DNA of 18,651 nucleotides, taken from Candidatus Hydrogenedentota bacterium. GTDB lineage: Bacteria > Hydrogenedentota > Hydrogenedentia > Hydrogenedentales > SLHB01. Shown here one piece after another: positions 1-7,874 of this stretch; the first letter of the stretch is position 1; every line of letters begins with the position of its first letter. The notes beneath the pieces are model-generated. The model did not search any database, was not told the origin of the DNA, and worked only from the letters and a program-made list of their open reading frames with translations. The position numbers and the translations under genes were made by a program. The stretch spans positions 1 to 18,651 of the forward strand of contig JAWXCN010000018.1 of the NCBI GenBank assembly GCA_034408725.1, given 5' to 3'.

Positions 1-93
1 CTCGAACGCACCGGCGCGCGCTACGGCCTGCAGACCATGTGTATCGGCCACGGCATGGCCACGGCAACCATTATCGAGAACACCGCCGCGTGA
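1..93 (+). CDS. Thiolase (acetyl-CoA acyltransferase), C-terminal fragment; gene starts before the window
   Basis: Frame 1 reads LERTGARYGLQTMCIGHGMATATIIENTAA*. This contains the thiolase C-terminal catalytic-Cys motif (MCIGxG); stop TGA at 91-93. Confidence 0.9.
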   Translation, partial: LERTGARYGLQTMCIGHGMATATIIENTAA

Positions 94-133
94 CGCAGCC
101 CGCATAGCGTGCGTTTTGTGACATTCAATTCGG

Positions 134-164
134 AAGGCGGCCAAAAAGTGGCCGCCTTTTTCTT
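134..164 (+). terminator. Rho-independent terminator-like hairpin after the thiolase gene
   Basis: Perfect 10-bp stem AAGGCGGCCA (134-143) / TGGCCGCCTT (149-158) with a 5-nt loop, followed by TTTCTT. Confidence 0.7.
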
Positions 165-178
165 GCGGAGTATTCATA

Positions 179-1078
179 ATGTACCTGTCCATCCGTGACG
201 AAATGGTTTCTGGCGGCGAATTCGAGTCGCCGATTGCGGGATTGCGGCATCTTGGCATTGGCGCGGTCGAGCTGCATCTCGACGATGAGTTCCGCGTCAT
301 ATCGTTGGATTCGGGCGAGCAGTACACCCTTTTCAGCGATAGCGAAGCGCAGACCTATGGCGAACACATCCACGGCCTGGGCGTTCGTTGCTGCGCATTG
401 TTGACTGCGCGCGACCTTTCAAAGTCCTCGCGCGACGAAAATATCCAGTGGCTCGGCCGCGCTGTCGGCATTGCACAGGCGCTGGGAGCGGGATCGGTGC
501 GCATCGATTCCGTGATGGGCCGGGAAAACGACATGACTTTCGGGGAGCGGGTGGAGATATTCCGGGACGTGCTATCTGAAGTGCTGCTAAGCACTTCCGG
601 GAGCCACGTGAACCTCGCAATCGAGAACCACGGGGTGCTGGGGAACAACCTGGCATTCTTGTTGAATGTGTTGGAATCGGTGGACTCGGACCGGCTTGGG
701 TTAACTCTTGACACCGCAAATTTTTATTGGAGAGGGTATCCATTGGGTGAAGTTTATGGTATCCTTAAATTGTTGGCGCCGTACGCCAGACATACGCATG
801 CGAAGAATATTGCGTATCCTCGCGAGAAACGAGAAATCGTCCGTGAGATTGGCTGGGAATACGGAACCTATATGAGTCCGCTGGACGAAGGTGACATCGA
901 CCACGGGCTGGTGCTGCGAATGCTCGCGGGAGCGGGTTATCGCGGTGATGTCTGCATCGAAAACGAATCGCTTGGGCGGTTCGCACCGGGCGCAGAGCGT
1001 GTAGCGATTCTCGAAAGAGACGCGGCGCACATCAGGGAGTTGATAGCGAGCATTGGGCAACGAGACCCCCGCACGTAA
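179..1078 (+). CDS. Sugar-phosphate isomerase/epimerase, xylose-isomerase-like TIM barrel (AP endonuclease 2 family)
   Basis: 299 aa with family metal-ligand motifs LAIENH, LTLDTAN, HTHAKN, GDIDH and VCIENE; GGAG Shine-Dalgarno at 167-170. Confidence 0.88.
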   Translation: MYLSIRDEMVSGGEFESPIAGLRHLGIGAVELHLDDEFRVISLDSGEQYTLFSDSEAQTYGEHIHGLGVRCCALLTARDLSKSSRDENIQWLGRAVGIAQALGAGSVRIDSVMGRENDMTFGERVEIFRDVLSEVLLSTSGSHVNLAIENHGVLGNNLAFLLNVLESVDSDRLGLTLDTANFYWRGYPLGEVYGILKLLAPYARHTHAKNIAYPREKREIVREIGWEYGTYMSPLDEGDIDHGLVLRMLAGAGYRGDVCIENESLGRFAPGAERVAILERDAAHIRELIASIGQRDPRT

Positions 1079-1622
1079 TGAATTGGCCCGCCGCTGGCCC
1101 GTGCTAGTCATGGTCCTGCTCGGGATTTTTTTTGTTGGCGCCGGGGCGTGGATCGCCCAATCCAACGATTTACTTCACCGCTTGCTCCTCGACATGAATG
1201 GCGAGCGCGGCGTCGCAACGGCGGAGCCGTTCGGTCCTGATAAATACCGGTTGCGGCTGTCGCTCGATTCCGCCATCTACGCCCGAATCTACGATGGCGC
1301 GCTATCCGGCGGGTCCGCGGACACGACCACAGAGTTCGTTGTGCCCGTCAGCTTTGATTCAACGGATCCCGGCCGGTTTCTGCCCTCAGGTCTTTCTTAC
1401 AAACCCGCGATATTTTCGTTGTTGCTCTTTGGCATTGGAATGGTATTCGTCCTGATGGCGCGCCGCGCTACGCGCATGGCGGAGCGACTCCAGGAATTCG
1501 CGCATGCCCGGTTTGACGACGCACCCCGGCAAAAAGACCAACGCCATAAGCACAAACACAAGCACCGCCATGGACACGGCCATCGGCACCGGAGCAGCGT
1601 CCATCGGCACGCGAGCCATTAG
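1053..1622 (+). CDS. Hypothetical membrane protein: two TM helices flanking a small soluble domain (DUF3592-like topology), with a His-rich C-terminal tail; start codon uncertain
   Basis: Hydrophobic segments WPVLVMVLLGIFFVGAGAWIA and AIFSLLLFGIGMVFVLMA. VPVSFDSTDP resembles the DUF3592 VxVxYDPxxP motif. Tail HKHKHKHRHGHGHRHRSSVHRHASH. Overlaps or abuts the upstream gene. Confidence 0.72.
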   Translation: MGNETPARNELARRWPVLVMVLLGIFFVGAGAWIAQSNDLLHRLLLDMNGERGVATAEPFGPDKYRLRLSLDSAIYARIYDGALSGGSADTTTEFVVPVSFDSTDPGRFLPSGLSYKPAIFSLLLFGIGMVFVLMARRATRMAERLQEFAHARFDDAPRQKDQRHKHKHKHRHGHGHRHRSSVHRHASH

Positions 1623-1672
1623 CCCGTCCGCTGCGCCGCCGCTCACTCCCTTCCGCCACGTTCCAAAGTTTG

Positions 1673-1678
1673 TAGAAT
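1673..1678 (+). promoter_or_regulatory. -10 box (TAGAAT) of a probable leaderless promoter for the larA homolog
   Basis: TAGAAT lies 6 nt upstream of the ATG at 1685, and there is no Shine-Dalgarno sequence. Confidence 0.5.
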
Positions 1679-1684
1679 AGCGTT

Positions 1685-2962
1685 ATGACGTCTATCGAAA
1701 TCAATTACGGCGCCGTGCCGCTCCAGATTTCCATGGAATGGGGAGTTTCACTTGGGCGCATCGATATTGCGGATGTGCCGTCTGTTTCCAATCGTGTCGA
1801 GTCGTTGCGGCGCGCCTTGGAAAAACCTATCGGCTTGCCGGGTCCATTACTTGAACATTTTCGCGCCGGCGACGCGGTTACGATTGTGGTTTCAGACGCA
1901 TACCGCAACACTGCAGTTGATCAAATCCTGCCGGCCATTCTGGACGCCTTGGCCGACAGGGGCATTCGCAATGAAGCGATTCAATTCCTGTTCGCCACCG
2001 GCATCCATAAAGCTCCGGACGTCGATCAGCAACGCGCCATTCTAGGCGATGAAGTGTACGCGCGATTTCGTCAGCGCGCGCACGTACACGATCCCTACGC
2101 GGAAGACCACGCGCAACTCGGCACGACGGCTCGCGGGACCCCGGTCGAAATTAACCGCCGGGCCATCGAGTGCGATCATGTAATCGTTACGGGCGCCGTC
2201 GTCATGCACTATTTCGGAGGCTTCGGCGGCGGTCGCAAAGCGCTGGTGCCCGGTATCAGTTCCGCGCGCACCATTGCGCGCAACCACGCGATGAACCTGC
2301 ATCCCACGGAGAACCGCCTGAACCCTGCCGTCTGCATTGGGGTAATGGATGGAAACCCGGTCGCCGAGGATATGCTCGAAGCCGCGCTGCGCGTTCCGAA
2401 TTGCAACTTAATCAATACCGTGCTGAATCGGCGCGGCGAAATCGCGGGGCTCTTCGCGGGTGCGTTGGAAGCCGCACATGTAGACGCCTGCGCATTCGCG
2501 CGGTCCCTGTATGCCGTACCGATAGCTGACGCCGCGGACATCGTCATCGCGTCCGCGGGCACGGCCCGAAACTATGTGCAGGCGCACAAGGCCCTGTACA
2601 ACGCATATCAGGCCATGAAACCCGGAGGCTGCATCATTTTACTCGCGCCGTCTCTCGAAGGTCTCGGCGGCGAACCCATCGAGAAATGGTTGCGGCTGGG
2701 AAGTGTGGATGCGATCATTGCGGCGTTGCGCGCATCCAGTGAGATATATGGGCAGACTGCATTGTCCACGCTGGAAAAGGCCGCGCAAGCGATCATGGTG
2801 ACGAATCTGCCAAGCGCATCGGTGGGGATACTTGGCGCGCGCAAGGCCGTGTCACTCGATGATGCGCTACGAATCGCCCGCCGCGAGTATGGCGACCACG
2901 CGACATACTACGTGATGCCATCAGCCTCGCATACGGTGCCGATCCTGTATGGACTGCGGTAG
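1685..2962 (+). CDS. larA: Nickel-pincer-nucleotide-dependent lactate racemase family protein (LarA/DUF2088 homolog); substrate unknown
   Basis: 425 aa with LarA motifs VVSDAYR (DxxR), ATGIH, MHYFGGFGGGRKAL (His plus the cofactor-linking Lys), IARNH and NYVQAHKAL. Confidence 0.88.
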   Translation: MTSIEINYGAVPLQISMEWGVSLGRIDIADVPSVSNRVESLRRALEKPIGLPGPLLEHFRAGDAVTIVVSDAYRNTAVDQILPAILDALADRGIRNEAIQFLFATGIHKAPDVDQQRAILGDEVYARFRQRAHVHDPYAEDHAQLGTTARGTPVEINRRAIECDHVIVTGAVVMHYFGGFGGGRKALVPGISSARTIARNHAMNLHPTENRLNPAVCIGVMDGNPVAEDMLEAALRVPNCNLINTVLNRRGEIAGLFAGALEAAHVDACAFARSLYAVPIADAADIVIASAGTARNYVQAHKALYNAYQAMKPGGCIILLAPSLEGLGGEPIEKWLRLGSVDAIIAALRASSEIYGQTALSTLEKAAQAIMVTNLPSASVGILGARKAVSLDDALRIARREYGDHATYYVMPSASHTVPILYGLR

Positions 2963-3082
2963 CGGTAGCTACCGCTTTTACTTCAAGAGAGCAGCAGCGC
3001 CACGTGCATGTCCCCGACCACTTGCAATCCGAATCGAAAGCGGTAGCTGCGTCCGAAGCGGACTTCGCTACCGCACTCCATA
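2948..3082. repeat. Inverted pair (REPIN-like doublet) of REP-like palindromes, family TGGA(C/G)TGCGG(C/T)AGC...GCT(A/G)CCGCTTT
   Basis: Plus-strand copy at 2948-2978: TATGGACTGCGGTAGC-GGTA-GCTACCGCTTT. Minus-strand copy at 3037-3082: TATGGAGTGCGGTAGC-N19-GCTACCGCTTT. The pair lies between convergent genes. Confidence 0.8.
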
Positions 3083-3099
3083 TAGGTCTTACCGTGCCG

Positions 3100-3849
3100 C
3101 TAATTCTCGCCAATAATCGCCGATAGCCACAACAATATTTGCTCCCCGCACATCGCATGAGCATCCAGAAGGTCCGTTCCATGCGCGGCGCCATCGTATT
3201 CGCGGACTTCGCAATGTCCCTGTGCAAGCGGCTTCAAAGTGCGGCACGTGTCCGCCGAGTACGCATCATCAATCCCAGTCATGAGCAGCACGGGCCTGTT
3301 CCCAATTTCACGCATAGAGGATTCCGTGGCCACGCCCTGATAATTCAATCCTGGCGACAACATGACCACCGCTTGCAGTTGCGCGTCATCGCGCGCATAT
3401 CGCAGGGCTAGATTCGCGCCAATGCTCGCCCCGGCAATTGCGAGGTCCTCCGGATTCGCGCCCGCATCCAACAGCGCCCGTTTCGCCCCGGCAATGTCCG
3501 CGGTTGCGCCCGCCCAGTCCTTGGCCGTGAACGCGCGGTACGAACTTTCTTGTCCATTGCGATTCGTACTCTCGCCGTGGCCGCGCAGGTCGATCGCAAT
3601 CGACATATAGCCCTGTGCCTGTGCCCGAAGCGCGAACCGTTGCCACGTATCGCGCGTCGCGCCCAGCATCGGCACGAGGATTAACCCCGCCGGACGCGCG
3701 TCTGTTACAGGATATAGCGTCCCGTGGATTGTGTAGCCGTCCGCGGTTTGGAACGAAACGTCGCGCGGCGCATTCACCGCGCGCTCCGGCGAGCAGGAGA
3801 CTGCCAGCGCGATGCAGAAAACGGCAATGAGATGTGTGTACTTATTCAT
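3100..3849 (-). CDS. Alpha/beta hydrolase, probable lipoprotein
   Basis: Signal peptide ending in a lipobox-like LAVSC; DLRGHGES motif; nucleophile elbow GASIG; late Asp (DD) and His (AHGTD). Confidence 0.88.
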   Translation of the reverse strand: MNKYTHLIAVFCIALAVSCSPERAVNAPRDVSFQTADGYTIHGTLYPVTDARPAGLILVPMLGATRDTWQRFALRAQAQGYMSIAIDLRGHGESTNRNGQESSYRAFTAKDWAGATADIAGAKRALLDAGANPEDLAIAGASIGANLALRYARDDAQLQAVVMLSPGLNYQGVATESSMREIGNRPVLLMTGIDDAYSADTCRTLKPLAQGHCEVREYDGAAHGTDLLDAHAMCGEQILLWLSAIIGEN

Positions 3850-3863
3850 GCCGCTGAAAATAG

Positions 3864-3902
3864 AAAAGCGGGACCGTTGCGCCCGAGCGCCGCGGTCCCG
3901 CT
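3864..3902 (-). terminator. Rho-independent terminator downstream of the SCP2 gene
   Basis: Inverted repeat AGCGGGACCG (3867-3876) / CGGTCCCGCT (3893-3902), followed by a short T-run on the minus strand. Confidence 0.65.
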
Positions 3903-3911
3903 ATCCAATCT

Positions 3912-4241
3912 TTATTTGCCCAGCGCGAATACGTTTTGCAATTTCATCGCGAGGCTCATGTCACCCTTGATTTTAAGTTTGCCCGTGAGAAACGCAGTCT
4001 GTCCGCTCAGCTTTCCCGACACGATGTCGAGCCAATTCTGATCGGTGGACGTTAGCGTAATGCTCGGATTCTCCGCCGGACCCGGGCTTACATTGGCCAG
4101 TCCGTCGGCAAGCTTTACGTGCCACGTACCGCCGTCATCCCCGGTAATGTCGAATTGATAGATCGCGTTCATACCCGAAATTTTCGTCGGATCAACCTTC
4201 TGCTCAAGGTCACTGAAGAATGCTGCCACTGTGTCCGCCAT
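3912..4241 (-). CDS. SCP2 sterol/lipid-binding domain protein (109 aa, start MADTVAAFF)
   Basis: Typical SCP2 signature YQFDITG...GTWHV...GKLSGQTAFLTGKLKIKGDMSLAMKL. The strong SD GGAGGTGG (4251-4258) places the start at 4241, not 4322. Confidence 0.92.
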   Translation of the reverse strand: MADTVAAFFSDLEQKVDPTKISGMNAIYQFDITGDDGGTWHVKLADGLANVSPGPAENPSITLTSTDQNWLDIVSGKLSGQTAFLTGKLKIKGDMSLAMKLQNVFALGK

Positions 4242-4474
4242 GATGAGTGTCCACCTCCAAGTTTTGATCGGTCCCGCACCCGGCAAAGCAGCCCCACGGA
4301 GCCAATCACTTCCCTCGTCCATTTATAGAACATCAAACGCGCGGCCGCTGCCACGCACTCCACCGATCCGCGTCCCCAACGGGGGCTTATTTTCACTCTA
4401 GCACAGGGTCTAATCCGGTTCAATGAATTCATTGACCTACCGGTAAGAAGGTGGGGCGTGAAAAATAAAATGGC

Positions 4475-4620
4475 AAAAAAGACCGCGACCCGTCGGTCAC
4501 ATCCTCGCACCGGCGCCTCTATCGCCCGGACTATTTGCCCTTTGAGTCGGGCTCTTTCACGCTGTAAGCGTGCCGGGTTCGGGCACCATGTTTTCAGATA
4601 TGATCGGCGAATCGCGTTCC
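4475..4620 (-). ncRNA. Candidate structured ncRNA of ~146 nt (long irregular rod with a two-hairpin cap; 6S-like or novel)
   Basis: Starts 7 nt after a near-consensus promoter and ends in UUUUUU. The 5' GAACGCGAUUCGCCGAUCAUAUCU pairs with the 3' GGAUGUGACCGACGGGUCGCGGUC. Inner helices GGUGCC/GGCGCC and CCCGG/CCGGG; hairpins CACGCU-UAC-AGCGUG and GCCC...GGGC. No credible ORF. Confidence 0.65.
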
Positions 4621-4626
4621 ACCTAA

Positions 4627-4655
4627 ATTCTATCCCAAGACCCGGATTTCGTCAA
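4627..4655 (-). promoter_or_regulatory. Sigma-70-type promoter TTGACG-N17-TAGAAT driving the ncRNA candidate
   Basis: On the minus strand, -35 TTGACG at 4650-4655 and -10 TAGAAT at 4627-4632, with an exactly 17-nt spacer. Confidence 0.8.
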
Positions 4656-4844
4656 GCCTATTTCACCCGTGCCTTGGACTGCGGCGTGTCAGCGCCGCTT
4701 TCACTTCGGATTACTAAAAAGCCTCCAGGAACACGCAATCGCGCTTAAGGCCGCCCCAATCACCCGAATTCGCATCTGCCTTCTTCCCCAAGTACTATCG
4801 AAACCGAAGTTCCATCCATCATTAATTTAACGGAGACTATACGC

Positions 4845-5714
4845 TTGGCAACCCACCGGTCCCGCAGTACCCGTAAATCTCTCGCCGCCACCGACCCGGA
4901 TACGGGGAAACGGGAGAAGGCATACAGAAACCTTGAATTTCTAACCAGTCCGGACGCTCGATCTATTCGCGTGCTCTGCGAGCTTATCGAGCCGGGTGCG
5001 CGATTCCGCCGTCTCCGCGTGAAGGATACCATCGTGTTTTTCGGGTCGGCTCGCGTCCAACCCCGGGACACAGCCGAGGACCGGTACAACCACGCTCGCG
5101 ACGCGCATGACCGGAACAAAGATAATGAAACTGTTCGCGACGAATACAAACGCGCGCGCCGGATGCTCGATGCCGCGCGATACTATGAAGATGCCGCGTT
5201 GCTGTCAGAGCGGTTGACCGCCTGGAGCAAATCACTCAAGCAGCCCAAGCGCAGGTTCATCGTGTGTTCAGGGGGAGGACCGGGAATCATGGAGGCGGCC
5301 AACCTCGGCGCCGCGCGCGCGGGAGGCCCGTCCATTGGATTGAATATCAGTCTGCCGTTTGAGCAGTATCCGAATCCGTATATCACCCCGGAGTTGTCTT
5401 TCCAGTTTCACTATTTCTTCATCCGTAAATTCTGGTTCGCATATCTTGGAAAGGCGCTCGTGGTGTTTCCCGGCGGCTTTGGCACCCTTGACGAACTGTT
5501 TGAAATACTCACGCTGATCCAGACCCGGAAAACGGCAAAACACATGCCGGTCGTGATATACGGCGCATCCTTCTGGAAAGAAATATTGAATCTGGAGGCT
5601 CTCGCCGACTGGGGCATGATCAACCGGTCCGACCTTGATCTCTTTCGGATGGTGGATAGCGTCGATGATGCGTTTGACTATTTGCGCGACGAGTTGACGA
5701 AACATTATTTGTGA
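4845..5714 (+). CDS. LOG-family (TIGR00730-like) nucleotide phosphoribohydrolase
   Basis: Motifs VFFGSAR, SGGGPGIMEAAN, GLNISLPFEQ, FHYFFIRK and PGGFGTLDE; TTG start with GGAG upstream. Confidence 0.92.
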   Translation: MATHRSRSTRKSLAATDPDTGKREKAYRNLEFLTSPDARSIRVLCELIEPGARFRRLRVKDTIVFFGSARVQPRDTAEDRYNHARDAHDRNKDNETVRDEYKRARRMLDAARYYEDAALLSERLTAWSKSLKQPKRRFIVCSGGGPGIMEAANLGAARAGGPSIGLNISLPFEQYPNPYITPELSFQFHYFFIRKFWFAYLGKALVVFPGGFGTLDELFEILTLIQTRKTAKHMPVVIYGASFWKEILNLEALADWGMINRSDLDLFRMVDSVDDAFDYLRDELTKHYL

Positions 5715-5763
5715 TCGGTTGCGAGGGTTCCCGTTGCGCGGTTGAAACTTCTCCAAAATGAGA

Positions 5764-5797
5764 AGCGCGGCCCAATCTATCCGCGGCGGGCCGCGCT
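5764..5797. terminator. Hairpin between the convergent LOG and RRM genes; possible bidirectional terminator
   Basis: 10-bp inverted repeat AGCGCGGCCC (5764-5773) / GGGCCGCGCT (5788-5797); weak U-tracts. Confidence 0.5.
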
Positions 5798-5821
5798 ATT
5801 CAATATTGGGTTCTATATCGT

Positions 5822-6094
5822 TTACCGGTAATCGTTACGGGACGGACGATCTTCCCGCGGACGCGCCTCGTTAATGCGCAACGCGCGGCCTTTCAGGTCT
5901 TGCCCGTTCAACCCGGCGATTGCCGCGTCCCCCTCGTTCTTGTTCGCCATTTCGACAAACCCGAAGCCGCGCGATTGCCCCGTCATCTTGTCCATGATGA
6001 CGCTGGCCGAAGTGACCGCGCCATACGCTGAAAACGCGCCGTGGAGGTCCTCGTCGGTAGCCTGATACGCCAAATTTCCCACGTAGATATTCAT
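5822..6094 (-). CDS. RRM (RNP-1) RNA-binding protein, 90 aa
   Basis: MNIYVGNL (RNP-2), RGFGFVEM (RNP-1), GRALRINEARPR; SD GGAGGAGGAG upstream of the ATG at 6094. Confidence 0.95.
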   Translation of the reverse strand: MNIYVGNLAYQATDEDLHGAFSAYGAVTSASVIMDKMTGQSRGFGFVEMANKNEGDAAIAGLNGQDLKGRALRINEARPREDRPSRNDYR

Positions 6095-6268
6095 TGCTTT
6101 CTCCTCCTCCCAATTACAGCTCACACGAGCAGGACTCTCCTGAAGTGCGGAATGGTAAATCCGGACGGCGAGTGTCGACAAAATTGATGTGTAGGAATAA
6201 CTCTCGAAGTCGTTCTCTCAATCTCTCACAGCTACGCGCGCTGCCGACGTGGGCGCGTCTGACAAAAA

Positions 6269-6297
6269 GGTATAGCACAACCCCTCAAGTCTTGCAA
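6269..6297 (-). promoter_or_regulatory. Promoter TTGCAA-N17-TATACC (extended -10 TGn) for the RRM gene, implying a ~170-nt 5' UTR
   Basis: On the minus strand, TTGCAA at 6292-6297, a 17-nt spacer ending TGC, then TATACC at 6269-6274. Confidence 0.55.
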
Positions 6298-6341
6298 TAG
6301 ACTTGTCACCGGAGTGGCCACGCACGCTTCCCGCACGCCGA

Positions 6342-6986
6342 TCACGTTAAGCCCCCCAGCCACGCCCGCATTCGCGCGGGCTCTTCACCGAACATCAAAG
6401 AGCCCGGCACAATATAGTCCACGCCCGCCGCCGCCATCAGCGGCACACTGTGGCGCCGGATTCCGCCATCCGCCTCGACCTCTGCCTTAAGCCCGCGGTC
6501 CGCGATGGTCCGTTTCGCCGCGCGAATTTTGTCCGGCACGCCGGGATCCATGTCCGCGCCCTTAATCCCCACGCGCGTGCCGAGAATGCAAACGATGGAA
6601 AGGTCGTCCCAAAATGGCGCCAATATTTCCAGGGGTTGATCGAGGCCCAACGAAATCCCCGCGAACTTGCCATGCGACAAAATGGCATCGATCACCGTTC
6701 GCGTATCGTTCTCCGAATCCGGGTACACAATGAATCCGTCGGCGCCCGCTTCGACAAACGGTTCCAACCAGTTCAACGGATGCGTACACATCAAATGCAC
6801 TTCCAAAGGCCGCGTTGTGTGCCTGCGCACCGCCTTCAGCAGGTCCGGAAAAAACAAAAGCGTCGGCGTGTAATGACCGTCTGCAACGTCAATATGAAAC
6901 CGCTCCGAATACGGTTCGACACGCTTCGTCTCCGCCTCCAGATTCGCCAAATCCGCCGACCACAAAGATGTGGAACATTTCACCAT
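6342..6986 (-). CDS. rpe: Ribulose-phosphate 3-epimerase family protein (Rpe/AlsE-like, probably a pathway-specific paralog)
   Basis: Motifs STSLWSAD, FHIDVADGHY, EVHLM, EADGGI and VPGS; SD GAGGAG at 6995-7000. Confidence 0.88.
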   Translation of the reverse strand: MVKCSTSLWSADLANLEAETKRVEPYSERFHIDVADGHYTPTLLFFPDLLKAVRRHTTRPLEVHLMCTHPLNWLEPFVEAGADGFIVYPDSENDTRTVIDAILSHGKFAGISLGLDQPLEILAPFWDDLSIVCILGTRVGIKGADMDPGVPDKIRAAKRTIADRGLKAEVEADGGIRRHSVPLMAAAGVDYIVPGSLMFGEEPARMRAWLGGLT

Positions 6987-7001
6987 CGAAATTTCTCCTC
7001 G

Positions 7002-7048
7002 TTCCCAAGCTACGAGCTTGGGAATGCGCGTCTCGAAGCTCCAGCTTC
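7002..7048. repeat. REP-like double palindrome inside the RLP operon
   Basis: TTCCCAAGCT-ACG-AGCTTGGGAA (7002-7024) and GAAGCT-CC-AGCTTC (7035-7048) share an AAGCT...AGCTT core. Confidence 0.6.
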
Positions 7049-7061
7049 ACGTCTAGCCACA

Positions 7062-7871
7062 CTACCCCAAGCCCACGACACGCCGCACAAACTCCTCAAC
7101 TTCCCGCCGCACGTCCGCCGCATGCTGTTCAACGCTGATCGACTTCGAAACGATCTCCCGGAACACCGCGCCCGGTATCTCCCGCGCCAAGGTCTCGCCA
7201 TAGTCCAGCGGATGAATAGAGTCGAATCGATTCGCCAGGACCAGCGCAGGGGTCCGAAGTGATCTCCACGCGCGATCGCGGCACGGTGCGTCACGCGGAA
7301 TGCGCAACAGCCGCACCACGGCCTCCTCAGCGCGGGGATGCGCGAACTGCGCTAACGCGGACGCCGCGACATCCGGCGCCTCTTGCAACAGGTTGCTGTA
7401 CGTTTCTGAACTTTCAAAAATCATCGCGCCCTCCACCGCGCCATGCTCGCGAATCAGGTCCCCAATCTGCGCGAGCGGGCGCAGGTGGTCAGGCATACGC
7501 TGGTCAAGCCACGCGGGACGTTGCAGAATCAGCCCCTGCACGCGCGCGGGGTACCGCAATGCAATGTTCAAGGCGATTGCCGCGCCCATCGAAATCCCGC
7601 CGATGACTGCGCGCTCCACTCCGCGCGCGTCCATAAACCCGATTACATCATCCGCAAACGCGCCAATCCCGATCATGTCTTCCGGTCCGACCGGCGTCGT
7701 TTCGCCATGCGCGCGGCAGTCCATCGAGAGCAGCCGGACCCCGTCGATTCCTGACTCAAAAAAACCCAGCGGCTGCGATAAATCACCGCCCAGCCCGTGT
7801 TGATAAACAAACGAAACGCCATTGCCGGTATCCCGGTAGTGAAAACGTATGCCGTCGCGCTCGAAGTACAC
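7062..7871 (-). CDS. Alpha/beta hydrolase (possible lactonase/esterase)
   Basis: HGLGG oxyanion motif, DCRAHGET, nucleophile GISMG, later DSIHP; GTG start 3 nt after the upstream stop. Confidence 0.88.
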   Translation of the reverse strand: MYFERDGIRFHYRDTGNGVSFVYQHGLGGDLSQPLGFFESGIDGVRLLSMDCRAHGETTPVGPEDMIGIGAFADDVIGFMDARGVERAVIGGISMGAAIALNIALRYPARVQGLILQRPAWLDQRMPDHLRPLAQIGDLIREHGAVEGAMIFESSETYSNLLQEAPDVAASALAQFAHPRAEEAVVRLLRIPRDAPCRDRAWRSLRTPALVLANRFDSIHPLDYGETLAREIPGAVFREIVSKSISVEQHAADVRREVEEFVRRVVGLG

Positions 7872-7874
7872 CTG

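Noticed and set aside
4260-4620. SRP RNA, tmRNA, RNase P RNA or a c-di-GMP/cobalamin riboswitch
   Set aside because: Their diagnostic conserved sequences were not found by eye; only a partial GGGCAAA resemblance.
4845-5714. Lysine decarboxylase label
   Set aside because: This is a known mis-annotation of LOG-family proteins; no PLP-enzyme motifs are present.
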